64,000 nucleotides of DNA from Candidatus Saccharimonadota bacterium (GCA_017652765.1 JAGCAJ010000008.1:9230-73229); one strand, 5' to 3'; shown: positions 36,547 through 46,404, counted from the first letter of the stretch. Notes: generated by a model from the sequence alone, not told the origin. A program made the numbers and translations.

Positions 36547-36622
36547 TGGTCAGGGTGATGAGACTTGAACTCACGACCTCAGCGTCCCGAACGCTGCGCG
36601 CTACCAACTGCGCTACACCCTG
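36547..36622 (-). tRNA. tRNA-Pro (CGG)
   Basis: Anticodon arm CAGCG-TT CGG GA-CGCTG; encoded CCA. Confidence 0.95.
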
Positions 36623-36662
36623 ATCGTTTCTCATTTTAGCAGAAAACTGTTAAAATATCTAT

Positions 36663-37058
36663 ATGAAGAGATTTTGGGCTTCGCGACGACGTCGTTTTAT
36701 AATGATTTTTATTGTAGCCTCCGTTACTGGCATTGTTAACGGTGCCGTCATTTTTAATCTTACTCATCAATTCGGGTTTGCCGTGGACGCAGTCCCGGGC
36801 ATTATGGCCATGTCGGAACAGGACAAAATTATTATTGTTGACAACGAGCAAGATTATAAATATTTTAGTTCTTTTGCCACGGATTACGCCGTTTATAGAA
36901 TAGAAAATCTTCCAGACAATGTGGAACGTGCTTGGTATGTGTTTGGTCCGGATAATCCCAAAAAATCAGAGGACCCAAATAGTCTGATTCCGGGATACCA
37001 CGTAGTCTCGGAGATTATCGATAACCGTTACTCTGCCTTTGAACTTGAAAAACTCTAA
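36663..37058 (+). CDS. Hypothetical single-pass membrane protein
   Basis: 131-aa ORF, basic N-terminus then TM; TGT-TAAAAT 6 nt before ATG. Confidence 0.65.
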   Translation: MKRFWASRRRRFIMIFIVASVTGIVNGAVIFNLTHQFGFAVDAVPGIMAMSEQDKIIIVDNEQDYKYFSSFATDYAVYRIENLPDNVERAWYVFGPDNPKKSEDPNSLIPGYHVVSEIIDNRYSAFELEKL

Positions 37059-37083
37059 ACTTAGTGCTATAATGATGAGAAGT

Positions 37084-37159
37084 CGGGGCGTAGCGCAGTT
37101 GGTAGCGCACGCGGTTTGGGACCGTGAGGTCGCAGGTTCGAGCCCTGTCGCCCCGACCA
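37084..37159 (+). tRNA. tRNA-Pro (UGG)
   Basis: Anticodon arm CGCGG-TT TGG GA-CCGTG; encoded CCA. Confidence 0.95.
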
Positions 37160-37182
37160 TTATCGTCCATTTGGACGATTTT

Positions 37183-37719
37183 TTATATTGTATAAATCAC
37201 GATTTCGTCGTTTTTGTGATGGAATTTAGTGTAGTCGGCGTCTTCGCCATAATTATTAACGATAGACCAAATACAACGCGAGACAAAACTATGCGTAATC
37301 AACAGAATTTCTGCGTCGGCTGGAAATTCTTTTTTTAGGTCGGACAAAAATTCGCGCACACGGATAATACCGGAGCCAAAAGTCTCGGCGTTGCCGTCGG
37401 TTTTTAGCTTGACTAGAGAATTCCAGTCGGGCATCTGCCAAAGTTCATCTATAGTATGGTCTTTTAGTTCGCCTAGATTTCTTTCGGAGATTCGGTCGTC
37501 GACTCTATAATGAACTTCTGGAATAATTATTTCGGCAGTCTGTATAGTGCGATGCATTGGTGAGACAAACACGGCGTCAAATTTTTTGTTGCCGATTTTT
37601 TTGTTGAGTTCTTGGGCTTGTTCGATTCCCTTTTTGGTTAGACCTTCATCGGAACGACCAGCGACAATGCCGGTAATATTACTAGGTGTTTCGCCATGTC
37701 TAATACAGTAAATTTTCAT
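37183..37719 (-). CDS. Histidine phosphatase (phosphoglycerate mutase-like) family protein
   Basis: IRHGET, SPMHRTIQTA, ERNLG, LLITHS. Confidence 0.9.
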   Translation of the reverse strand: MKIYCIRHGETPSNITGIVAGRSDEGLTKKGIEQAQELNKKIGNKKFDAVFVSPMHRTIQTAEIIIPEVHYRVDDRISERNLGELKDHTIDELWQMPDWNSLVKLKTDGNAETFGSGIIRVREFLSDLKKEFPADAEILLITHSFVSRCIWSIVNNYGEDADYTKFHHKNDEIVIYTI

Positions 37720-38807
37720 TTTTTGCTAGCCCTGTTTTCTTGATAGACGGTAAAAGCGGAAATTAGAAGTTTTTTGATAAAGCTAGTAATAACTTTGCGG
37801 TCGTCACGAGAGAGGGTGTGGTAAGCCTTGAAAAATGTAGGGATGGCCTTAAACCCGGCAGCAGCAACATCAACCGGCGTGCCGAGTTTGCTAACTTCTA
37901 GCATCCTGAACAGCAAATCAACAAAGACCTCGCGCTGCTCCTGCGAAGCGCTCTGGATCCAACGGTCGATAGTTTTGTCAACAAAATCGCTCTTAGGTGT
38001 AGATTCGGAGCGAACGGGGCATTTGTTTTCTAGATCTATTTCCCACGAATAAATATTGTGTTGCCAGAAATTTTTGGCGTTGCTTTTTACGACTTCAAAA
38101 GTCTCGGTATGGTTCAGGAGGCGCCCAATAATAGAATCCTGGGGGATAAAATTCTTAATGCGTGGCATGACGGAACGGCCAAGGTCCTGATCGACAATTT
38201 TCTTGGTCATGCCAGGGCCATCTAAACTACAAACGGAAATAATACGGTTTTGGTAAAAATCGCGAACCACAATAGCAGAATACATGGCAATATTACCACC
38301 TTTGGAATGGCCACCGAGATATAGTTTTTTCCAGAAATAACGACGCGCAACTTTTTTTAGATATTTGGCGCCGGAAATTTGGGAAGGAATTTCGTTCATG
38401 AGGGCAAGATTAAAATCTTCACGCCAGCCATGGAGTGAGCTATCTGTGCCAATATAAGAAATAAACATCTTGGTTTTACTAATGTGAATAGTAATAGCCA
38501 TGAATTGCTCGGCGATTTTGGCACTGCTTTTTTTGACATAGTGCGTGGTCTTAAATGAGGAGAAGCGAGGAGCAAGACCCATAGCCTGGATTAGTTCGGA
38601 ATCTTCTGGCCAGGCAAAATCATCAACGTCTAACGCACTCATTTTTTGGGCAATAGAATAAATCGTATCTCTTCTTTTTAGCCTAATTTTATGAAACGGA
38701 AGATAGGAAAACCGCGACAACACCATAGCGTCTAATTCGTTGAATGGTGCCGCGCGATTAATTCTATATCCACCATGGGCTTTAATATAGTCAACGATAT
38801 TTGCCAT
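37716..38807 (-). CDS. DUF2974/Mbeg1-like alpha/beta-hydrolase
   Basis: FNELDAMVLSRFSY, GTDSSLHGWREDFN, GGHSKGGNIA nucleophile elbow, DGPG, SIIGRLL, QHNIYSW. Confidence 0.85.
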   Translation of the reverse strand: MANIVDYIKAHGGYRINRAAPFNELDAMVLSRFSYLPFHKIRLKRRDTIYSIAQKMSALDVDDFAWPEDSELIQAMGLAPRFSSFKTTHYVKKSSAKIAEQFMAITIHISKTKMFISYIGTDSSLHGWREDFNLALMNEIPSQISGAKYLKKVARRYFWKKLYLGGHSKGGNIAMYSAIVVRDFYQNRIISVCSLDGPGMTKKIVDQDLGRSVMPRIKNFIPQDSIIGRLLNHTETFEVVKSNAKNFWQHNIYSWEIDLENKCPVRSESTPKSDFVDKTIDRWIQSASQEQREVFVDLLFRMLEVSKLGTPVDVAAAGFKAIPTFFKAYHTLSRDDRKVITSFIKKLLISAFTVYQENRASKK

Positions 38808-38823
38808 ATCGTTATTATACTAC

Positions 38824-39795
38824 TTACTGGGTAGTAGTGCGAGTGCGAGATTGTTTCTGGCCATCGGATTGTATTGCTGGACGTTCGCCGCTAGGAGCCT
38901 GGCCGTTCGTTGGGGACTGACCATTTGCTTCTGCTTGCCCGCCACCTGGCATGAAGCCACCCATGCCACCACCAAATTGATTGGTGAGCTCCGTGATAGT
39001 TTGACCGTTAACGGTGACAGTGCCACCGTTAAGCTGGCCGGTGCCGTCAAAGTCAAATGGGGACTGCGCGGTGATATTGATTGTACCGCCGTTGATAATC
39101 AAGTCACCATTGGAGTCAATAGCATCGGTGTCACCTTGACCCATATCAATAGTAATATTGCCGCCATTTATTTCGATTTTGACAGAATATTTGTCAGATT
39201 TGGCGCCAGCGTTGATGGCGTCATCGGTAGCTTTGATCGTGATGTTACCTCTGTCAATTTTGACATAGGTTGCCTCAAGGCCTTCGTGTGCAGTAATATT
39301 TAGTGTGCCGTTTTCAACGGTCAACATACCATCCGCGTGGATACCGTCGTCGGCAGCATTGATAGTAAGCGAGCCATCTCCTGCAATAATGAGATCGCCT
39401 TCGGAATTAATGCCGTCATTATCGTTGTTTGCGGTGATTTTGTTTTCGCCAACAAGTTCAACAGTAACGTTGGTGTTTTCTTGGCATTTAATTGCGGCGC
39501 CGTCGCTACTTGTGATAGCAACATTATTCAAAACAATGGTAACAGCTTCCGTCGTATCGACAGAAATTTTGCCACTAGAGATCGTGCCAGTAAATGTATA
39601 TGTGCCACCAGAAGTGATCTTATTAGTTCCCTCCACAAGTGAAGACGAACTTGAGCCAGATGGCTCATCGCTTGAGACAATAGTAGTTTGTCCAGACCGG
39701 CTGTTATGACTGATGATTAAATAGGTTCCAGCTCCGGCAACGCCAAGTGCTAGGACTGTTCCGCCAACAATTGCGGCTAAAGTTTGCTTTTTCAT
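38824..39795 (-). CDS. Carbohydrate-binding domain protein (Cthe_2159/DUF4353 family, beta-helix)
   Basis: ITSGGTYTFTG, DGINSEGDLII, DDGIHAD, EGLEA, DDAINA, DAIDSNG repeats; start at MKKQTL after SD GAGGAGG. Confidence 0.85.
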   Translation of the reverse strand: MKKQTLAAIVGGTVLALGVAGAGTYLIISHNSRSGQTTIVSSDEPSGSSSSSLVEGTNKITSGGTYTFTGTISSGKISVDTTEAVTIVLNNVAITSSDGAAIKCQENTNVTVELVGENKITANNDNDGINSEGDLIIAGDGSLTINAADDGIHADGMLTVENGTLNITAHEGLEATYVKIDRGNITIKATDDAINAGAKSDKYSVKIEINGGNITIDMGQGDTDAIDSNGDLIINGGTINITAQSPFDFDGTGQLNGGTVTVNGQTITELTNQFGGGMGGFMPGGGQAEANGQSPTNGQAPSGERPAIQSDGQKQSRTRTTTQ

Positions 39796-39796
39796 A

Positions 39797-40459
39797 TTAT
39801 AATTCCTCCTCGATAAGCGGGTGAGAGAGTGAAACTTTGAGATTTCCATTCTTTACACGAATCTTATCAATAAATTCTTTTTCGTTAATATTCTTTTTAG
39901 CATTAATTCTATAAGTTAGTTCAAACATACTGCCCATATTTGTAGTCTTGGATTTTTCTAAGAGATGACTTTTGGTGTATTTAGAAAAGACGTCATCAAA
40001 GATTTCGGTATAGTCTAAATCTTCTGGAACTAGAATAGTAAGTTTTTTGTCTTCGCTGGCAGATTCGCCAAAGTTGATATACTTTAGGAATACGATAATA
40101 GCAGATACGATTATTGTAAATAAACTAGCAAAGGCGACATAGCCAGTACCTACTGCAAGACCAATGGCCATAGCAAAGAACACAGACAAAATACTGCGTG
40201 AGTTTCCAGCAATAGAGCGGAAACGCACTAATGAAAATACGCCAACGGTAGCTACACCAGCACCGAGATTGCCGTTAACTAGCATAATCGCCATAGAAAC
40301 TAGCATAGGCAGAATAGCTAATGTGGTGATAAAGTTACTACTACTTCTAGCAGTTTTCTTGTGCGTAATCGCAACAACTAATCCAAGCACAAGCGCAACA
40401 CCAAGACAAATAAAGAAATTTGCCGGCGTAAGGCCTCCGCTAATAATACTGTTAAACAT
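39797..40459 (-). CDS. DUF4956 family membrane protein
   Basis: NGNLGAGVATVGVFSLVRFRS, AIGLAVGTGY, KTTNMGSMFELTY. Confidence 0.9.
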   Translation of the reverse strand: MFNSIISGGLTPANFFICLGVALVLGLVVAITHKKTARSSSNFITTLAILPMLVSMAIMLVNGNLGAGVATVGVFSLVRFRSIAGNSRSILSVFFAMAIGLAVGTGYVAFASLFTIIVSAIIVFLKYINFGESASEDKKLTILVPEDLDYTEIFDDVFSKYTKSHLLEKSKTTNMGSMFELTYRINAKKNINEKEFIDKIRVKNGNLKVSLSHPLIEEEL

Positions 40460-41159
40460 ATAAATTCTCCTTCTTATTATTTAATATTTTTTCCGTAACG
40501 CGACCATACTTTGAAAATGAGGCTGGATAGATTTTCAGCTTTGACAGGGCACGAACAAAATAAAACGGATAGCGGTCTAGAGCTTTTACTTCCATAACGA
40601 CTTCACCATTTTTGAAATGCTTCTTGCCGTGGTCGCCATTTTCTAGATGCAGGTCATTGTTTCTACTTCTAATATTTCTATCAAAAGTAATACGGAATGT
40701 TGGGTCGTCCTTGTCGCAATATGACGTGCGGTCATAAGCCAAAAACATAGTGGGCTTTAGATTGTAGCGTTTAAAACAGCTACCTAGCTCTTTTTCAATA
40801 ACTTCTGAATTACTATCTAGCTTACCAGTTTTTAGGAACTTATAAAAATCAGAAAGCTTGATTGGAATACGACGCTTACTGCCGATACCTTTGTATTTTT
40901 TCTTAATTTCTAGAAAAACTGTATCAGAAAGTTTTGGTACGCCATAGCTTCTGATCCTTACTTTTTCTTTGTAGAGTGGTTTTTCTAATGAGTGGATTGC
41001 GAGGTAGCGATTCTCATCATCAAAATAAATGCTACAATTTGTACTTTTAAAGTAACGATCTTTTTCCAGATATGGTTCAATTAGCCATAGCAAAGATTTT
41101 ACTTCGTCTTCAGAAAGCAGATATTTTATTTCGGTTCTTCTAAAGATTTGCTGAACCAT
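40452..41159 (-). CDS. VTC (polyphosphate polymerase) domain protein
   Basis: FRRTEIKY, SIYFDD, KEKVRIRSY, FLEIKKK, RITFD, VMEVK, SFSKY; start moved to MVQQIF after SD GAAAGGA. Confidence 0.9.
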   Translation of the reverse strand: MVQQIFRRTEIKYLLSEDEVKSLLWLIEPYLEKDRYFKSTNCSIYFDDENRYLAIHSLEKPLYKEKVRIRSYGVPKLSDTVFLEIKKKYKGIGSKRRIPIKLSDFYKFLKTGKLDSNSEVIEKELGSCFKRYNLKPTMFLAYDRTSYCDKDDPTFRITFDRNIRSRNNDLHLENGDHGKKHFKNGEVVMEVKALDRYPFYFVRALSKLKIYPASFSKYGRVTEKILNNKKENLYV

Positions 41160-41238
41160 ATTAATCCTTTCTATCAAAACTAATACTAATTTTGATATTT
41201 GGATTATACCCGGATTAGCTTAAAGAAACCTTAAAGGA

Positions 41239-43014
41239 TTAGTCTTCTTCTGGTTCGATGACTTTGATGCAAGCGTCTTCTAGCTGGTATTCATCAACAA
41301 CAGAAGGAGAGTTCATCATGAGGTCTACGCCGGAGCCGTTCTTAGGGAAGGCGACGATATCGCGAATATTTTTAGCGTCGGTTAGGACCATAAAGATACG
41401 TTCGAGACCAAAAGCGCAGCCAGCATGTGGAGGCGCACCGAATTTGAAGGCGGAAAGCATGCCACCAAAACGATTTTCGACGTATTTGTGATCGTAGCCT
41501 AAGAGCTCGAAAACTTTGTACATGATGTCTGGGTTGTGATTTCTAACGGCACCAGAACAGATTTCGTAGCCGTTCATAACCATGTCATATTGGTCGGCTA
41601 GGATGGCTAGTTTTTCTTCGTCGGTCTTGGCGGATTCTAGGGCTTTTATACCACCTTTTGGCATAGAGAATGGGTTGTGACCAAAATCTAGTTTTTCCTC
41701 ACCGTCATTCCATTCATAGAATGGGAAGTCAACAATCCAACAAAGCGCCACGATATTGTCATCCTTCAAGTTAAAGTGGTCGGCAAAGGCAATACGGAGA
41801 ATACCTAGGACTTTGTTGACCTTTTCGCGGGTGTCTGCGCCAAAGAATACAGCATCGCCATCCTTGGCACCAGTAGCGGATTTAATAGCATCTAGCTCTT
41901 CACTTTTCAAGAATTTAGCAATTGGAGACTTGGCCTCGCCATTGTCGTATAGAATATAAGCAAGACCGCCAGCACCATTTTTCTTGGCGAGGTCGGTAAA
42001 GTTGTCGATCTGGGAGCGAGTGAGGCTGGCACCGTTTTTGACGCAGAGAGCCTTAACACAAGGCGATTGGAATACTTTGAAATCGGTACTTTTCAATGCG
42101 TCAGTTAGATCAATCAATGGCATATCATAACGAAGGTCTGGTTTGTCTGTGCCGTATGTCTCCATCGCATCGCGGTAAGAAATACGTGGGACGTCTTCGG
42201 ATTTTAGTTTTTTGCCAGCAAATTTGGTAACGAGACACTTAATGAGTGGTTCCATTTCTTGGCGGATAGTTTCGCCATCGTCGACAAAAGCCATCTCTAG
42301 GTCTAGCTGGTAAAAATCGCCATAGAGACGATCAGCACGAGGGTCTTCGTCGCGGAAGCACGGGGCGATTTGGAAATAGCGCGGAACGCCACCGACCATT
42401 AAGAGCTGTTTGAATTGCTGTGGAGCCTGTGGCAAGGCGTAAAAATGGCCTGGGTGGATTCTAGATGGAACGAGAAAATCACGAGCACCTTCTGGAGAGG
42501 AGTTAGCGAGAATTGGAGTAGTAACCTCTATAAAATCGTGCTCGACCATGTATTTTCTTAGGACTTGGTAATATTCGGAACGGCGACGCAAGCGATTCTG
42601 CATGCTTGGGCGGCGCAAATCGAGATAGCGATATTTGAGGCGCAAATCTTCGGAAGATTCCGCGCCATCGTCGTGAGTATTTACCGGGAGAGGCTCGGAG
42701 CGGTTGAGGAGTTCCAAATCCTCTACGACAAGTTCAATATCGCCGGTTTCGATATTTGGGTTTTTGAGTTCCGGGGCACGCTCACGCATTTTGCCGGTAG
42801 CGGTGATAACGAATTCATCACGCAAAGTCTCTGCGAGGGCAAAAGCATCTTTAGTATCGGGAGTAACAACGAGTTGAATGATTCCCTTGTGGTCGCGAAG
42901 ATCGATAAAAATTAATCCACCATGATCACGACGAGAATTAACCCAGCCAGCGACAGTAACAGTTTCCCCTAATTTTGATTTTAAATCCAAAGATAGAGTT
43001 CTCATATCAGACAT
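41239..43014 (-). CDS. aspS: Aspartyl-tRNA synthetase
   Basis: RDHGGLIFIDLRD, RLKYRYLDLRR, PEGARDFLVPSR, PQQFKQLLM, FRDEDPRADR, GAPPHAG. Confidence 0.98.
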   Translation of the reverse strand: MSDMRTLSLDLKSKLGETVTVAGWVNSRRDHGGLIFIDLRDHKGIIQLVVTPDTKDAFALAETLRDEFVITATGKMRERAPELKNPNIETGDIELVVEDLELLNRSEPLPVNTHDDGAESSEDLRLKYRYLDLRRPSMQNRLRRRSEYYQVLRKYMVEHDFIEVTTPILANSSPEGARDFLVPSRIHPGHFYALPQAPQQFKQLLMVGGVPRYFQIAPCFRDEDPRADRLYGDFYQLDLEMAFVDDGETIRQEMEPLIKCLVTKFAGKKLKSEDVPRISYRDAMETYGTDKPDLRYDMPLIDLTDALKSTDFKVFQSPCVKALCVKNGASLTRSQIDNFTDLAKKNGAGGLAYILYDNGEAKSPIAKFLKSEELDAIKSATGAKDGDAVFFGADTREKVNKVLGILRIAFADHFNLKDDNIVALCWIVDFPFYEWNDGEEKLDFGHNPFSMPKGGIKALESAKTDEEKLAILADQYDMVMNGYEICSGAVRNHNPDIMYKVFELLGYDHKYVENRFGGMLSAFKFGAPPHAGCAFGLERIFMVLTDAKNIRDIVAFPKNGSGVDLMMNSPSVVDEYQLEDACIKVIEPEED

Positions 43015-43020
43015 ATTTTA

Positions 43021-43734
43021 TCATTTTCCTAACTTTTCGTCAATTTTCTCACGGAAGACGTTAAGGAAGCCTTCCTCGCCCTTGGTCCCGGAAAAATCGA
43101 TTCTCTCGCCATCTAGGAAAAAGGCTGGGGTACCGGTGATTTCTACCTGCTCGGCGATACCAGCGTCAAAGTTAATTTTCTTTTTGACAGCTTCTGAGGT
43201 CATGTCTTTTTTGAACTTAGCCTCATCGCCAGCGCCGCCGGTAACAGTGCGGAACATATCTACAAAAATCTGGGTGCGATTCTCACCGGAAGCATCTTCC
43301 CAGAGAGACTGATTAGCAAAAAGCTTGTCGGCATATTCTTTCCAATATCCCTGGAGGCCAGCAGCCTCGGCGGCGGAAGCAGCAGCGGTGCCGTTCTGGT
43401 GGTAGCTTAGGAGATAATTGCGATAGACTACGGCGAGGTCGCCATTGTATTCTTCGATAAGTTTATTGATGCGTGGATTAGCGGAGCTACAGCCTGGACA
43501 CTGGAAGTCGGCATATTCGTAGATAATGACTTTGGCTTTTTCAGCATCACCCTTAACGTGGTCGGCAATATTGCCATTCTCGGCATTACCAGAAATGACG
43601 GAATTTGCGTCATAGCCGGCGATGGCGGCCTGGGTATTAGCCTTGTCAATAATGCGCCAAACCAATACGCCAGCAAAAAGCACCCCAATAGCAACTAGCG
43701 CAATAATAGCACCAATATTTCCTTTTTTGTTCAT
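43021..43734 (-). CDS. DsbA family thiol-disulfide oxidoreductase
   Basis: EYADFQCPGC, GTPAFF; N-terminal TM; start moved to MNKKGNI after SD AAGGAGG. Confidence 0.9.
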   Translation of the reverse strand: MNKKGNIGAIIALVAIGVLFAGVLVWRIIDKANTQAAIAGYDANSVISGNAENGNIADHVKGDAEKAKVIIYEYADFQCPGCSSANPRINKLIEEYNGDLAVVYRNYLLSYHQNGTAAASAAEAAGLQGYWKEYADKLFANQSLWEDASGENRTQIFVDMFRTVTGGAGDEAKFKKDMTSEAVKKKINFDAGIAEQVEITGTPAFFLDGERIDFSGTKGEEGFLNVFREKIDEKLGK

Positions 43735-43800
43735 TTTCCTCCTTGGATTAGAAATTTTCTCGTCAATATGATATAATATATATAATAGCATATTATCTGG

Positions 43801-44451
43801 ATGATGGCCATGAATAATTTCGGAAAAAAGGTAGTAAAATGGGTGGATCCAAAACTTGATAAATTTCGTGAGCCGACAAAACCCGTCGAGCTCCCACCGT
43901 ACGTGCCAAAAGACCTGGGCGATTTAATCGGAATATTAAAACGAACACCAAAAGAAATTCTATCTAGTAAACAGAAGGCGATAATTGCGTCGAGTATGAG
44001 TTTTTCTGAGAGGGAAGTTGCAGAAATTATGATGCCGAGATCGGAAATTACTTTTGTATATGAACATGACTTTTTGGGGCCATTAATGCTCGATAAATTA
44101 TACCAATCTGGGTTTTCTCACTTCCCGGTATTATCTTCTGACGGAAAGCAGATTGTAGGATTATTGCATACCGACCAGCTAAATTCTCTAGAAATAAAAG
44201 ATACGGACCGGGCATCAAAATATATTGACAAGAAGGTATATTATTTACGCACTGATTATACGCTAGAGCAGGCGATGTCCGCGTTCATTAGGACGAATTG
44301 TTTCTTTTTCTTGGTGATTGATAAGGGCGGGCAGTTAGTTGGGCTTCTAACTTATAAAATGCTGGTTTCATATCTATTAGGATATGCACCGAATGATGAT
44401 TTTAATGGGGATTCTTCTATTGCGTCAGTGATGAAGCGCGAGTTAAAGTAA
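43801..44451 (+). CDS. CBS domain protein (CorC/TlyC-like CBS pair without DUF21)
   Basis: EIMMPRSEI, SGFSHFPVL, FLVIDKGGQLVGLLT. Confidence 0.8.
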   Translation: MMAMNNFGKKVVKWVDPKLDKFREPTKPVELPPYVPKDLGDLIGILKRTPKEILSSKQKAIIASSMSFSEREVAEIMMPRSEITFVYEHDFLGPLMLDKLYQSGFSHFPVLSSDGKQIVGLLHTDQLNSLEIKDTDRASKYIDKKVYYLRTDYTLEQAMSAFIRTNCFFFLVIDKGGQLVGLLTYKMLVSYLLGYAPNDDFNGDSSIASVMKRELK

Positions 44452-44461
44452 ATTTAGGAAC

Positions 44462-44686
44462 TAAAAAGGCCTCTGATGCTATATCTTCTGATATGGCGTC
44501 GGAGGCCTTTGCGCGTTTTACCAACGAAACTTTTCTAAACAATCTTCGTTTCGATGAACTCTAGTCCGAGGACTGGAGATTCGTGCGACTTTTTGCGGGA
44601 ATAATTCCGCTTAAGTCCGATACGCATAGGTACTTTCGTACTCCTGTTTAGTTTTATCGTTCAACGACAATTTGGAAAGAACGACC
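44462..44686 (-). ncRNA. Candidate structured RNA (6S-like fold), alternatively a 30-aa ORF transcript
   Basis: Own promoter TTGCAT-17-TATCAT (44720-44692); long-range pairing and several hairpins found by eye; ends in a long hairpin at 44464-44510. Confidence 0.35.
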
Positions 44687-44745
44687 TTTCTATGATATCA
44701 AACTTTGGCAAAAAATGCAACCCCTATAAGTGCTAGCGCGATAAT

Positions 44746-45564
44746 CTAAGCGTGGACGCTATTTAGAAGTAGGACAGTCAACACGACTACCGCAATAAAG
44801 ATGCGATAAAACCCAAAGGCTTTCAAAGAATTGGACTTTTTGAGGTATTTGAGACAGAAAGTAATGGCAAAGAGGCCGGAAATGAATGCGACTAGGTTAG
44901 AAACGGCGAGAGAGCCAAGGTTGTCAAACAGGTAGGCGCGCGTAGAAGACGACAAAAGGGTCTTGGCACAGACCGCAGTCATAAGTGGAATGGAGACTAA
45001 GAAAGAATAGTCCGCGGAAGATTTGGCGTTAAGGCCCATGAGACGGCCGGCGACAATAGTGCTACCAGAGCGAGAAACACCCGGAATAAGCGCAAAAACC
45101 TGGGCAAGGCCAATAGTGAGGGCACGAGGTTTGGACAGATAGTTCTCGTTTTTTAATGCGGACTTTTTTGGTAAAATATCGACAATTACCATCAAAACAC
45201 CGACTACCGCCATAGCAATAGCGATAGTGTAAAGCGAAGAAAAGAAAGGGTTTTCTTCGATGAATTTAGATAGTAGTAAACCCGCAAGCCCGGCAGGAAT
45301 ACAGGTAATAACGATGTTTATGGCAAGTTTGATGTTGTGATTTTTGCCGAAAATATCTTTCAAGATTTCTATAATGCGTTTGCGATAATAGATAAGAAGT
45401 GCTAGCAAAGTGCCAAAGTTGATTAGTTCCAAAAAATAATGAAAATCGTCGGCACGACCACCGATGAGTTGCTGAACGAGCTCTAGATGGCCGGATGATG
45501 ATACTGGAATAAATTCTGTTAGACCCTGGACGAGGCCCAAAATAATTGCAATCATTATACTCAT
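44746..45564 (-). CDS. uppP: Undecaprenyl-diphosphate phosphatase
   Basis: GLVQGLTEFIPVSSSGHL, ALIPGVSRSGSTI; start moved to 45564. Confidence 0.96.
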   Translation of the reverse strand: MSIMIAIILGLVQGLTEFIPVSSSGHLELVQQLIGGRADDFHYFLELINFGTLLALLIYYRKRIIEILKDIFGKNHNIKLAINIVITCIPAGLAGLLLSKFIEENPFFSSLYTIAIAMAVVGVLMVIVDILPKKSALKNENYLSKPRALTIGLAQVFALIPGVSRSGSTIVAGRLMGLNAKSSADYSFLVSIPLMTAVCAKTLLSSSTRAYLFDNLGSLAVSNLVAFISGLFAITFCLKYLKKSNSLKAFGFYRIFIAVVVLTVLLLNSVHA

Positions 45565-45672
45565 AATGGTTATTATACCACACAAAAATAAGGGCTAAGT
45601 ACTAGCGAAAAGAGCAAAAATCTGTTATAATGTATATAAGTTTGTGAAATAAATTAAGTTCAAGGAGAAAGA

Positions 45673-46374
45673 ATGTCTGGACACAGTAAATGGGCAACGA
45701 CGAAGCGCCAAAAAGCTGTAGTTGATGCAAAACGTGGAGCGCTTTTTACTAAAATCGGAAATCAGATTGCGATTGCGGCGAGAGGCGGTACGGATCCTAA
45801 TATGAACCCAAGCCTTGCGATGGTACTAGAAAAAGCAAGACTAGCTAACATGCCAAAGGCCAACATTGAAAGAGCAATTGCGCGCGTGCAGTCTAAAGAA
45901 AGCGCGGCGCTAGTTGAAGAAACTTATGAAGCATATGGTCCTGGCGGAATTGGGATTGTAATTGAGGTTGCGACTGACAACAAAAACCGTACAATGCCAG
46001 AGGTAAGAAATGCCCTAACTAAAAACGGCGGGCGGATGGCCGACCCTGGAAGCGTGATGTTCCAATTTGAGAGAAAAGGCGTAATTTTTGTGACTGACAA
46101 GGGCGACGAAGTAATGATGACAGCACTCGACGCTGGTGCAGAAGATGTGGTTGAAGAAGATGACGGAACAGAAATTACTACCAGTTCTTCTGACCTTATG
46201 AAAGTGCGTCAGGCGTTGGTTGATGCGGGCATGAATGTAACTAGTGCAGAGCTAAAATATATTTCTAATGCTAATATTGAGCTAGATGGCGACGACCTGG
46301 ATAAGGCAGAAAAACTACTTGATGCGATTGACGATCTAGACGACGTAACTGCTGTCCATACTAACTTGGCCTAA
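45673..46374 (+). CDS. YebC/PmpR family protein
   Basis: MSGHSKWATTKRQK, YEAYGPGGIGI, TDNKNRT, LDDVTAVHTN. Confidence 0.96.
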   Translation: MSGHSKWATTKRQKAVVDAKRGALFTKIGNQIAIAARGGTDPNMNPSLAMVLEKARLANMPKANIERAIARVQSKESAALVEETYEAYGPGGIGIVIEVATDNKNRTMPEVRNALTKNGGRMADPGSVMFQFERKGVIFVTDKGDEVMMTALDAGAEDVVEEDDGTEITTSSSDLMKVRQALVDAGMNVTSAELKYISNANIELDGDDLDKAEKLLDAIDDLDDVTAVHTNLA

Positions 46375-46404
46375 AAAATAACGCCCCGCGGGGCGTTATT
46401 TTTT
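46373..46404. terminator. Bidirectional terminator, perfect 32-bp palindrome
   Basis: AAAAAATAACGCCCCG|CGGGGCGTTATTTTTT between convergent stops. Confidence 0.85.

Noticed and set aside
44548-44585. Hammerhead ribozyme or RNase P/SRP/tmRNA in the 44.5-kb intergenic region
   Set aside because: No CUGAUGA...GAAA core, no GAGGAAAGUCC, no SRP GGAA loop motif and no tRNA-like ends.
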